Shown piece after piece: positions 33,553-45,200 of a stretch of DNA of 64,000 bases. The stretch covers positions 160,001 through 224,000 of the forward strand of contig CP068257.2 of the NCBI GenBank assembly GCA_009914755.4, given 5' to 3'. Position 1 is the first letter of the stretch. Each line of letters begins with the position of its first letter. This DNA comes from the human T2T-CHM13v2.0 reference genome, Homo sapiens. The translations under genes and the position numbers were made by a program. The notes beneath the pieces are model-generated. The model did no database searches, was not told the DNA's origin, and saw only the letters and a list, made by a program, of their open reading frames with translations.

Positions 33553-34764
33553 AAAGCAAAGAAAACGAGAAAGCGATAGCAAAACGCTAACTGCGAAACA
33601 GAGTTTCAAACTCAGAAAGTGAGAGACCAATGTTTGGTTCAAATCATGGTTCTCAACCCAGGTGCCATAAGGTCAGGATAAAGAATTTGATGACGTATTG
33701 TAAATAAGACATGCAGCGGAGGACCAGAAAAATCGTTCTCAACATACGTGTGGCTTCGAGTTCAACGGTGACGCTATCTACAGTGACATAGCATTAGATT
33801 CCAAAGGGCCGAGTCCCGCAAGACTGGCCTCCCACACTAATAATAATGGGAAGCGCTACGTTGCTTTACCTGTGCTTCTCAGCAACTGGCTATAAATCAG
33901 GTTTCCACCACTCCCAGTTTTAGTTGCATTCATTTGCTGGAAGAGCTCACAGCACGCAGGGAAACACTGACATTTCCCATTTTTTGTATTTTAGCAGATA
34001 TTGCAAAAACTTCAGAAAAAACTTTTGGGCCCAGCATGTGGGGAGGGGCTCACTGCCTTCCAGGAAGTGTTATCCAGAAGCTCTCTAAACCCAGATCTTT
34101 TGGGTTTTTATGGAGACCTCATTCTATAGGCATGATGGGTTAAACCATAGGCTATTGGTGATCAACTCAACCTGGGGCTCTCAACCCTCCCTGGAAATTG
34201 CGGTTGAGGCCTTGCCATTCTCAGTCTGAGTAAAAGAATTTACGCAAACGGAATTTTAAAACAGATTAGCATATCTGGAAACTTAACTAGATGACGGAAT
34301 TATCTGGAGCCACACCTTGATATTCCTAACCCGAGCACCCTCATCCAACGAATGCTCCACCCAACTGGCTCCCAAGTCTCTACGGGGTTCCAGAGCAAAA
34401 GAATGTTTATACAACGCATATCTCCACCTTTTCTTCAAAGTCTTTTCGCTTACACGGAAAGACTTCTTCAACTGCCATTCATCAGGGTCAGGGGGAGGTC
34501 TTGTTACAACACAGATCTGCGGATCTCCGGGGTTTGATTGTGGCAAGGATGCTGCTGGTGTCAAAACCACAACGTGGGAACCACAGAACCACTAGTTGGT
34601 TTTCAGTGTTTCAGTGCATACAATTCCTAATATATCTGGCCAAGAAAACTTGTAAGTTCTTAGATTGTCCGAAAGGTGGCGCATGAAATCAAATCAGGAG
34701 AACAGTTTCCTACGAGGTGTAGCCTGGGAACCTTGGGGGTGACTGATGGAAAGGAGGAGTGAAG

Positions 34765-34837
34765 CTCCGCCCTTTCCGCTGCGAGGCTGCGCCCGAGGCT
34801 ATTTAAACCCACCCTGGCTGGCCTGTACTCAGATCTT
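34765..34837 (+). promoter_or_regulatory. Core promoter of unit 5 (TATTTAAA at 34800-34807).
   Basis: Same arrangement upstream of ATG 35151. Confidence 0.55.
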
Positions 34838-35016
34838 CGCAGAGCGGAGCAGCGGCCGGAGCGTTTGGCGGACTCTGCGTGGACTTGGAGCTCACAGCGT
34901 CTTGCGACTTGGAAGCGGATTCAGAGGACAGGACAGAACACTTGGGCAAGTGAATCTCTGTCTGTCTGTCTGTCTCATTGGTTGGTTTATTTCCATTTTC
35001 TTAAGGAGCACATACC

Positions 35017-35089
35017 TCACACCACACACACACAAACACACACACACACACGCACGCACTCACGCACACACACACGCACACACACACAC
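35017..35089 (+). repeat. (CA)n/(CACG)n 5'UTR microsatellite, unit 5.
   Basis: Same tract. Confidence 0.9.
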
Positions 35090-35150
35090 TAATTCATTCT
35101 GCGGGTTAGGAAATTAGTAGGGGTCTCTGGGAGCTGCAGGTTTCCTAATC

Positions 35151-38100
35151 ATGTCTGCACCTAAGAACACTAGGGTCTTGTCTGGCTCTTCTTATGAACG
35201 GTCCCCCAGCCCGGACTCCCCAAGATCCATGCTAGCCTCACCCAGCTTCTCCCTCTCCCCTCTCAGAAACTCAGACTTAAGAGGAAGCTCCTCACCAGGG
35301 ATCCGGAGCTACCATTCACCATCCCCTAGGGCTTCACCACACTCACCTCTGTCATCACCAGTATCCCACAATCTCCCATTTCCCTGTCCTATCCGTGATG
35401 GACAATCCATGAAGCCATTGGGCTCTCCCGTGTCCTCCTCTGAGGATTCTACAGAGTCACCACGTTCATCAGTAATATACCACATGTTCCTACTGCCATC
35501 ACCCAGCAGCTCACCCCCAGCTCTCTGGGAGTCTCCTGGGTCTCCCAGCTACTCTCCAAACAACCCCAGATTTCAGCTGGAGTCAGCCCCCCACACCCAG
35601 GAATCACCTGCAAACTCACGAGCCTCACGGTGCTCCTCCCCTATGTCTTTCATCTCTTCACCCCCAGGCCTCAGGGACTCTCCTGTGGCTCCCAGTTACT
35701 CTCAAGCCATCCCCATGTTCCTGCGGGAGTCAGCCCCATGCACTCAGGAGTCCCCCAGAGACTCACAGGTCTCGGGAGAATATGAGCGCTCCCCCAGCCC
35801 TGACTCCTCAAGATTCATGCCTGCCTCACCCAGCATCTACCTCTCCCCTCCCAGGAACTCAGACCCAAGGGGCAGCTCCTCACAAGGGATGTGGAAGTAC
35901 TCTACATCATCCCGCAGGGCTTCACCACTCTCACATCCGTCATCGGCAGAATTCCACAACTTTACATTTCCCTTTCCTAACCAAGCAGGACAATCACTCA
36001 TGTCATTGTGTTCTCCCGTGTCCTCCTCTGGAGATTCCTCACAGTCACCCCATTCATCAATAATATACCATGTGTTCTTACTGCCATCATCCAGCAGCTC
36101 ACCCCCAGCCACCAATGACTCTCCTGTCTGTCCCAGCTACTCTCCAACTACGCCCAGATTTCAGCGGGCGTCGGTATCCAACACCCCAGAAACACCTACA
36201 AACTCACAGACCTCAGTGAGATCCTCGCCAGTCTCTCTCACGTCTTCACCCCCAGGCCTTACGGACCCTCCAGTCTCTCCCAGCTACTATCCAACCACGC
36301 GCACATTTCAGCGCGGGTCAGATCCAGGAACCCAGGGATCACCAGCAAGCCCACCACTTTCACTGTGTTACTCCCCAGTCTCAAGCACGTCTTTATCTCC
36401 AACCCTCAGGGACTCTCCTGTCTGTCCCAGCTATTCTCCAACCACGCCCACGTTTCAGCGGGAGTCCGTTGCAGGCACCCAGCAATCACCACCAAACTCA
36501 CCAATTTCACTCAATTACTCTCCAGTCTCTCTCATGTCTTCACCAGCCCTCAGGGACTCTCCCATTTGTCCCAGCTACTCTCCAACCACGCCCAGATTTC
36601 AGCTGGAAGCAGTTCCTTGCACCCAGGAATCACCACCAAACTCACCAATTTCACTCAATTACTCCCCAGTCTCTCTCATGTCTTCACCATCCCTCAGGGA
36701 CTCTCCCGTCTGTCTCAGCTACTCTCCAACCACGCCCACATTTCAGCTGGAGTACCTTCGAGGCACCCCGGAGTCACCACCAAACTCACCAATTTCACTC
36801 AATTACTCTCCAGTCTCTCTCATGTCTCCACCAGCCCTCAGGGACTCTCCCGACTGTCCCAGCTACTCCCCAACAACGCCCAGATTTCAGCTGGAAGCAG
36901 TTCCTTGCTCCCCAGAATCAACACCAAACTCACCAATTTCACTCAATTACTCTCCAGTCTCTCTCATGTCTTCACCAGCCATCAGGGACTCTCCTGTCTG
37001 TCCCAGCTACTCTACAACCACGCCCACATTTCAGCTGGAGTCCGTTCGAGACACCCCGGAGTCACCACCAAACTCACCAATTTCACTCAATTACACTCCA
37101 GTCTCTCTCATGTCTTCACCAGCCATCAGGGACTCTCCCGTCTGTCCCAGCTACTCTCCAAAGACGCCCACATTTCAGCTGGAGTCTGTTCCAGGCACCC
37201 TGGAGTCACCACCAAACTCACCAATTTCACTCAATTACTCTCCAGTCTCTCTCATGTCTTCACCAGCCCTCAGGGACCCTCCTGTCTGTCCCAGCTACTC
37301 TCCAACCACCCCCAGATTTCAGCTGGAGTCAGTTCCAGGCACCCCGGAGTCACCACCAAACTCACCAGTTTCACTGAGTTACTCCCCGGTCTCTCTCATG
37401 TCTTCACCGCCAGCCCTCAGGGACTCTCCTGTGTGTCCCAGCTACTCTCCAACCACGCCCACATTTCAGCTGGAGTCAGTTCCAGGCACCCCGGAGTCAC
37501 CACCAAACTCACCAATTTCACTCAATTACTCTCCAGTCTCTCTCATGTCTTCACCAGCCCTCAGCGACTCTCCTGTCTGTCCCAGCTACTCTCCAACCAC
37601 GCCCAGATTTCAGCTGGAAGCAGTTCCTTGCACCCCAGAATCACCTCCAAACTCACCAATTTCACTCAATTACTCTCTAGTCTCTCTCATGTCTTCACCA
37701 GTCCTCAGGGACCCTCCTGTCTGTCCCAGCTACTCTCCATCCACCCCCAGATTTCAGTTGGAGTCAGTTCCAGGCACCGCGGAGTCACCACCAAACTCAC
37801 CAGTTTCACTGAGTTACTCCCCGTTCTCTCTCATGTCTTCACCGCCAGCCCTCAGGGACTCTCCTGTTTGTCCCCGCTACTCTCCAACCACGCCCACATT
37901 CCAGCTGGAGTCACTTGCAGGCACCCAGGAATTACCTACAAACTCAGCAGTTTCACTGAGTTACTCCCCAGTCTCTCTCATGTCTTCACCCCCAGCCCCC
38001 TGGGACTCTCCTGTCTGTCCCAGCTCCTCTCCCACCACGCCCAGATTTCAGAGGGAGTCAGCCTCCCACACTCCGGAATCACCTACAGACTCACAGACTT

Positions 38101-38996
38101 CACGGAGGTCCTCCCTGGTCTCTCTCAGGTCTTTGCCCTCAGCCCACAGGGACTCTTGTGTCTCTTTCAGCTACTCTCGAAACTTCTCTAGATTCCAGCT
38201 GGACTCAGTTCCAGGCACCCACGACACACCACCAAACTCACGAATTTCACTGACTTACTCCCCAGTCTCTCTCATGTTCTCACCCCCAGCCCTCAGGGAC
38301 TCTTCTGTCTCTCTCAGCTACTCTCCAGCCATCTCCACATCACACCTGGGGTCAGCTCCCCACACCCAGGAATCACCTACAAACTCACGGACCTTACTGC
38401 AACCCTCCCCCATTTCTTTCACCTCTTCAACCCCTGCTTTCAGGGACTCTCCTGTGTCTCCCAGCTTCTCTCCAGCCTTCCCCAGATTTCTGCCACAGTC
38501 AGCCCCAGGCACCCAGGGTTACCCTGGACACTCACAGGCCTCACGAGACTATTTCCCAATGACTTGTATCTATAGAGGGATGGCTCCCATACTTCCCTCG
38601 GTGACCTCAAACCCATCTCCACTTACACTCAGACACTCCCAGGGCCTGACAGCTACTCCCCGTTATTGTCCTTCAGCTCGAAGCCCTGACCCATCTACTA
38701 GCCAACATGATGCAGCTACCTGGCCATGTCTCCACATTTCTGGGGAGGGCCCCACACCCAGCCGCAGAAGAGCCCCTCCTGCATTCCGTCCTCACACACA
38801 GGCCTGTCCATCCACTTGCTACTGTCACACTCTTGCCAGCAGAGGAGGCCCCTGTAATGGCCGATATCACCGCCCAGTCTATCCTCACCCCACAGCTGTG
38901 CAGCGGGACCCTCCTGCTGGCCCACGTGGCTGCCACAGCCCATGCTGGCACGACGCTCCAGCATGTCGGCGTCCCTGCGGGCCACGCTACCGCTGA
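35151..38996 (+). CDS. Intact 1281-aa copy (unit 5). Carries the GSPASPP variant.
   Basis: Uninterrupted ORF. Unit length 7136 bp. Confidence 0.65.
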   Translation: MSAPKNTRVLSGSSYERSPSPDSPRSMLASPSFSLSPLRNSDLRGSSSPGIRSYHSPSPRASPHSPLSSPVSHNLPFPCPIRDGQSMKPLGSPVSSSEDSTESPRSSVIYHMFLLPSPSSSPPALWESPGSPSYSPNNPRFQLESAPHTQESPANSRASRCSSPMSFISSPPGLRDSPVAPSYSQAIPMFLRESAPCTQESPRDSQVSGEYERSPSPDSSRFMPASPSIYLSPPRNSDPRGSSSQGMWKYSTSSRRASPLSHPSSAEFHNFTFPFPNQAGQSLMSLCSPVSSSGDSSQSPHSSIIYHVFLLPSSSSSPPATNDSPVCPSYSPTTPRFQRASVSNTPETPTNSQTSVRSSPVSLTSSPPGLTDPPVSPSYYPTTRTFQRGSDPGTQGSPASPPLSLCYSPVSSTSLSPTLRDSPVCPSYSPTTPTFQRESVAGTQQSPPNSPISLNYSPVSLMSSPALRDSPICPSYSPTTPRFQLEAVPCTQESPPNSPISLNYSPVSLMSSPSLRDSPVCLSYSPTTPTFQLEYLRGTPESPPNSPISLNYSPVSLMSPPALRDSPDCPSYSPTTPRFQLEAVPCSPESTPNSPISLNYSPVSLMSSPAIRDSPVCPSYSTTTPTFQLESVRDTPESPPNSPISLNYTPVSLMSSPAIRDSPVCPSYSPKTPTFQLESVPGTLESPPNSPISLNYSPVSLMSSPALRDPPVCPSYSPTTPRFQLESVPGTPESPPNSPVSLSYSPVSLMSSPPALRDSPVCPSYSPTTPTFQLESVPGTPESPPNSPISLNYSPVSLMSSPALSDSPVCPSYSPTTPRFQLEAVPCTPESPPNSPISLNYSLVSLMSSPVLRDPPVCPSYSPSTPRFQLESVPGTAESPPNSPVSLSYSPFSLMSSPPALRDSPVCPRYSPTTPTFQLESLAGTQELPTNSAVSLSYSPVSLMSSPPAPWDSPVCPSSSPTTPRFQRESASHTPESPTDSQTSRRSSLVSLRSLPSAHRDSCVSFSYSRNFSRFQLDSVPGTHDTPPNSRISLTYSPVSLMFSPPALRDSSVSLSYSPAISTSHLGSAPHTQESPTNSRTLLQPSPISFTSSTPAFRDSPVSPSFSPAFPRFLPQSAPGTQGYPGHSQASRDYFPMTCIYRGMAPILPSVTSNPSPLTLRHSQGLTATPRYCPSARSPDPSTSQHDAATWPCLHISGEGPTPSRRRAPPAFRPHTQACPSTCYCHTLASRGGPCNGRYHRPVYPHPTAVQRDPPAGPRGCHSPCWHDAPACRRPCGPRYR

Positions 38997-39222
38997 CATG
39001 GCTAGCATCACCCTCCTTCCTGGCAGTGACACTGCTGATTTGAACCCCAGTTTCACAGCTGTCATTTGTAAATAGGACCATTTTCCCTTTTCTCTCTCCC
39101 TTCCATTCACAGGGCTTCTCATTCCCTCTGTTTCTGCCTCCGTTTCAGAGATTTACTCACCTTTTTCTCTCTCACTATGTCTGCCGTGGTCTCCATAAGA
39201 GTGTGCCACATACAATTGCCCC

Positions 39223-39228
39223 ATTAAA
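39223..39228 (+). terminator. Poly(A) signal ATTAAA (unit 5).
   Basis: Same hexamer, stop+227. Confidence 0.5.
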
Positions 39229-39594
39229 AGTCATGAATTGAGTGGATTTTAGTATACCTGTGGTTGGGCACATTCAATTTTAATTCGCAATCCATTTTAG
39301 AAGGTTTTATCACCCCCGACCAGAGAAACACCCTGTGGATATTAGTCACTCCTCATTCTGTCTCAAACCCTCTCCCTGACCCTCAGCCCTAGGTAACAAC
39401 TGCATAGAGCGATCAACCCCATATGCATAGATTTCCATATTGTGGACATTTCCTATAAACGGAATTTCACAATAAGTGAGCTTTTGTGACTGACATAACA
39501 CTTTTAGCACAATATTTTCAAGATTCATCCACATTGCAGCTTTACCCACAGGGGGAAACCGCATTTTCTGGTTTCAGTAACACCGGGTGTTTTC

Positions 39595-39665
39595 TCCTTC
39601 CTTCCGTCTTTCCTTCCTTCCTTCCTTCCTTCCTTCCTTCCTTCCTTCCTTCCTCCCTTCCTCCC
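39595..39665 (+). repeat. (TTCC)n microsatellite, unit 5 (shortest).
   Basis: Same tract. Confidence 0.9.
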
Positions 39666-40399
39666 ATTTCTCTCTTATTCCTTCTGCCCTCTCTCTTTCA
39701 TATGCCTTAGGTGCATCCTACGTCCTGCGTCTTTTTGGGGAATCCTCGACAGGTGCTGGAAAATTGTGTTATTGTAATTATTTACCGGTATCTCTCTTTC
39801 ATGGTTCTCCATCAGTTGTAAGCATCTATTGGTTTATCCCAGGTCACTAAGTATATTTTAATTAGCTACACCTGTTTTTCTTTATACACCTGTTTCTGGA
39901 GTATAGGGTCGCATACTCATAAACCCAGTGTAACTCAGAAACGCATCTAATATTCCAATAGACCCATCATAACGTTGAAAAATCATAAATCAAACCAACT
40001 TAAGTCACGATTTGGCGCTGGATATGGGCTCCATCAATTCCATTGTATTCAATAATGCTGTACACCATTAACAATGGCAGACTGATTGGGCGTGGATGTG
40101 GATAACATTATAAAAATCAGTTATTAGAGGGATACTTTAACCTGACGGAAGAGCTGATCTAATGGTATTAGTACAGTGATGATTATGTGAGATGTTTTGA
40201 GACAGAGTAGTACATTTGTGTATGAGATTCTGTGGCTTTTTTCACTTAGTAGGAACCTTTGTGTGTGGAAAACTGAGAAAATTGCTTTGTGCTGTAGAGT
40301 CTGGCATTCGTTGTAGATTAAAGCTTATTTTTCTGGAAGTAAATCTTATTCAATAAAATACTACTCTTTATAATAAAAAACAAAGACACTGGTGATGTG

Positions 40400-40680
40400 A
40401 AGTCATTATCCTCAGCAAACTAATCCAGGAACAGAAAACCAAACGCCACATTCTCACTTATAATGGGAGCTGAAAAATAGGATCATGTGGACACAGGAAG
40501 GGGAACAACACACACTGGGGCCTTTCGGGAGGCAGAGCGTTAAGAAAAACAGCTACCGCATGCTGGGCTTAATACCTAGGTGATGGGTTGACAGGTGCAG
40601 CAAACCACCGTGGCACACGTTTACCATAGTAACAAATCTGCACAGCCTGCCCATATATTGCAGAACTTAGAAACGAAACG
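40400..40680 (+). mobile_element. L1 3'-end fragment, unit 5 copy.
   Basis: Same sequence. Confidence 0.75.
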
Positions 40681-41892
40681 AAAGCAAAGAAAACGAGAAA
40701 GCGATAGCAAAACGCTAACTGCGAAACAGAGTTTCAAACTCAGAAAGTGAGAGACCAATGTTTGGTTCAAATCATGGTTCTCAACCCAGGTGCCATAAGG
40801 TCAGGATAAAGAATTTGATGACGTATTGTAAATAAGACATGCAGCGGAGGACCAGAAAAATCGTTCTCAACATACGTGTGGCTTCGAGTTCAACGGTGAC
40901 GCTATCTACAGTGACATAGCATTAGATTCCAAAGGGCCGAGTCCCGCAAGACTGGCCTCCCACACTAATAATAATGGGAAGCGCTACGTTGCTTTACCTG
41001 TGCTTCTCAGCAACTGGCTATAAATCAGGTTTCCACCACTCCCAGTTTTAGTTGCATTCATTTGCTGGAAGAGCTCACAGCACGCAGGGAAACACTGACA
41101 TTTCCCATTTTTTGTATTTTAGCAGATATTGCAAAAACTTCAGAAAAAACTTTTGGGCCCAGCATGTGGGGAGGGGCTCACTGCCTTCCAGGAAGTGTTA
41201 TCCAGAAGCTCTCTAAACCCAGATCTTTTGGGTTTTTATGGAGACCTCATTCTATAGGCATGATGGGTTAAACCATAGGCTATTGGTGATCAACTCAACC
41301 TGGGGCTCTCAACCCTCCCTGGAAATTGCGGTTGAGGCCTTGCCATTCTCAGTCTGAGTAAAAGAATTTACGCAAACGGAATTTTAAAACAGATTAGCAT
41401 ATCTGGAAACTTAACTAGATGACGGAATTATCTGGAGCCACACCTTGATATTCCTAACCCGAGCACCCTCATCCAACGAATGCTCCACCCAACTGGCTCC
41501 CAAGTCTCTACGGGGTTCCAGAGCAAAAGAATGTTTATACAACGCATATCTCCACCTTTTCTTCAAAGTCTTTTCGCTTACACGGAAAGACTTCTTCAAC
41601 TGCCATGCATCAGGGTCAGGGGGAGGTCTTGTTACAACACAGATCTGCGGATCTCCGGGGTTTGATTGTGGCAAGGATGCTGCTGGTGTCAAAACCACAA
41701 CGTGGGAACCACAGAACCACTAGTTGGTTTTCAGTGTTTCAGTGCATACAATTCCTAATATATCTGGCCAAGAAAACTTGTAAGTTCTTAGATTGTCCCA
41801 AAGGTGGCGCATGAAATCAAATCAGGAGAACAGTTTCCTACGAGGTGTAGCCTGGGAACCTTGGGGGTGACTGATGGAAAGGAGGAGTGAAG

Positions 41893-41965
41893 CTCCGCCC
41901 TTTCCGCTGCGAGGCTGCGCCCGAGGCTATTTAAACCCACCCTGGCTGGCCTGTACTCAGATCTT
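41893..41965 (+). promoter_or_regulatory. Core promoter of unit 6 (TATTTAAA at 41928-41935).
   Basis: Same arrangement. The 5'UTR is 2 bp shorter because of (CA)n length. Confidence 0.5.
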
Positions 41966-42145
41966 CGCAGAGCGGAGCAGCGGCCGGAGCGTTTGGCGGA
42001 CTCTGCGTGGACTTGGAGCTCACAGCGTCTTGCGACTTGGAAGCGGATTCAGAGGACAGGACAGAACACTTGGGCAAGTGAATCTCTGTCTGTCTGTCTG
42101 TCTCATTGGTTGGTTTATTTCCATTTTCTTAAGGAGCACATACCT

Positions 42146-42216
42146 CACACCACACACACACAAACACACACACACACGCACGCACGCACGCACACACACA
42201 CGCACACACACACACT
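42146..42216 (+). repeat. (CA)n/(CACG)n 5'UTR microsatellite, unit 6 (2 bp shorter).
   Basis: Same tract. Confidence 0.9.
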
Positions 42217-42276
42217 AATTCATTCTGCGGGTTAGGAAATTAGTAGGGGTCTCTGGGAGCTGCAGGTTTCCTAATC

Positions 42277-45200
42277 ATGTCTGCACCTAAGAACACTAGG
42301 GTCTTGTCTGGCTCTTCTTATGAACGGTCCCCCAGCCCGGACTCCCCAAGATCCATGCTAGCCTCACCCAGCTTCTCCCTCTCCCCTCTCAGAAACTCAG
42401 ACTTAAGAGGAAGCTCCTCACCAGGGATCCGGAGCTAACATTCACCATCCCCTAGGGCTTCACCACACTCACCTCTGTCATCACCAGTATCCCACAATCT
42501 CCCATTTGCCTGTCCTCTCCGTGATGGGCAATCAATGAAGCCATTGGGCTCTCCCGTGTCCTCCTCTGAGGATTCTTCAGAGTCACCACGTTTATCAGTA
42601 ATATACCACATGTTCCTACTGCCATCACCCAGCAGCTCACCCCCAGCTGCTTGGGAGTCTCCTGGGTCTCCCAGCTACTCTCCAAACAACCCCAGATTTC
42701 AGCTGGAGTCAGCCCCCCACACCCAGGAATCACCTGCAAACTCACGAGCCTCACGGTGCTCCTCCCCTATGTCTTTCATCTCTTCACCCCCAGGCCTCAG
42801 GGACTCTCCTGTGGCTCCCAGTTACTCTCAAGCCATCCCCATGTTCCTGCGGGAGTCAGCCCCATGCACTCAGGAGTCCCCCAGAGACTCACAGGTCTCG
42901 GGAGAATATGAGCGGTCCCCCAGCCCTGACTCCTCAAGATTCATGCCTGCCTCACCCACCATCTACGTCTCCCCTCCCAGGAACTCAGACCCAAGGGCAG
43001 CTCCTCACAAGGGATGTGGAAGTACTCTACATCATCCCGCAGGGCTTCACCACTCTCACGTCCGTCATCGGCAGAATTCCACAACTTTACATTTCCCTTT
43101 CCTAACCAAGCAGGACAATCACTCATGTCATTGTGTTCTCCCGTGTCCTCCTCTGGAGATTCCTCACAGTCACCCCATTCATCAATAATATACCATGTGT
43201 TCTTACTGCCATCATCCAGCAGCTCACCCCCAGCCACCAATGACTCTCCTGTCTGTCCCAGCTACTCTCCAACTACGCCCAGATTTCAGCGGGCGTCGGT
43301 ATCCAACACCCCAGAAACACCTACAAACTCACAGACCTCAGTGAGATCCTCGCCAGTCTCTCTCACGTCTTCACCCCCAGGCCTTACGGACCCTCCAGTC
43401 TCTCCCAGCTACTATCCAACCACGCGCACATTTCAGCGCGGGTCAGATCCAGGAACCCAGGGATCACCAGCAAGCCCACCACTTTCACTGTGTTACTCCC
43501 CAGTCTCAAGCACGTCTTTATCTCCAACCCTCAGGGACTCTCCTGTCTGTCCCAGCTATTCTCCAACCACGCCCACGTTTCAGCGGGAGTCCGTTGCAGG
43601 CACCCAGCAATCACCAGCAAACTCACCAATTTCACTGCGTTACTCCCCAGTCTCTCTCATGTCTTCACCAGCCCTGAGGGACTCTCCCGTCTGTCCCAGC
43701 TACTCTCCAACAACACCCACATTTCAGCTGGAGTCCGTTCGAGGCACCCCGGAGTCACCACCAAACTCACCAATTACACTCAATTACTCTCCAGTCTCTC
43801 TCATGTCTTCACCAGCCCTCAGGGACTATCACGTCTGAACCAGCTACTCTCAAACCACCCCCAGATTTCAGCTGGAAGCAGTTCCTTGCTCCCCGGAATG
43901 AACACCAAACTCACCAATTTCACTCAATTACTCTCCAGTCTCTCTCATGTCTTCACCAGCCCTCAGGGACTCTCCCATCTGTCCCAGCTACTCTCCAACC
44001 ACGCCCAGATTTCAGCTGGAAGCAGTTCCTTGCACCCAGGAATCACCACCAAACTCACCAATTTCACTCAATTACTCCCCAGTCTCTCTCATGTCTTCAC
44101 CATCCCTCAGGGACTCTCCCGTCTGTCTCAGCTACTCTCCAACCACGCCCACATTTCAGCTGGAGAACCTTCGAGGCACCCCGGAGTCACCACCAAACTC
44201 ACCAATTTCACTCAATTACTCTCCAGTCTCTCTCATGTCTTCACCAGCCCTCAGGGACTCTCCCGACTGTCCCAGCTACTCTCCAACAACGCCCAGATTT
44301 CAGCTGGAAGCAGTTCCTTGCTCCCCAGAATCAACACCAAACTCACCAATTTCACTCAATTACTCTCCAGTCTCTCTCATGTCTTCACCAGCCATCAGGG
44401 ACTCTCCCGTCTGTCCCAGCTACTCTCCAAAGACGCCCACATTTCAGCTGGAGTCTGTTCCAGGCACACTGGAGTCACCACCAAACTCACCAATTTCACT
44501 CAATTACTCTCCAGTCTCTCTCATGTCTTCACCAGCCCTCAGGGACCCTCCTGTCTGTCCCAGCTACTCTCCAACCACACCCAGATTTCAGCTGGAGTCA
44601 GTTCCAGGCACCCTGGAGTCACCACCAAACTCACCAGTTTCACTGAGTTACTCCCCGGTCTCTCTCATGTCTTCACCGCCAGCCCTCAGGGACTCTCCTG
44701 TGTGTCCCAGCTACTCTAAAACCACGCCCACATTTCAGCTGGAGTCAGTTTCAGGCACCCCGGAGTCACCAACAAACTCACCAATTTCACTCAATTACTC
44801 TCCAGTCTCTCTCATGTCTTCACCAGCACTCAGGGACTCTCCTGTCTGTCCCAGCTACTCTCCAACCACGCCCAGATTTCAGCTGGAAGCAGTTCCTTGC
44901 ACCCCAGAATCACCACCAAACTCACCAATTTCACTCAATTACTCTCTAGTCTCTCTCATGTCTTCACCAGCACTCAGGGACCCTCCTGTCTGTCCCAGCT
45001 ACTCTCCAAGCACCCCCAGATTTCAGCTGGAGTCTGTTCCAGGCACCCCGGAGTCACCACCAAACTCACCAGTTTCACTGAGTTACTCCCCGGTCTCTCT
45101 CATGTCTTCACCGCCAGCCCTCAGGGACTCTCCTGTGTGTCCCAGCTACTCTCCAACCAGGCCCACATTTCAGCTGGAGTCAGTTCCAGGCACCCCGGAG

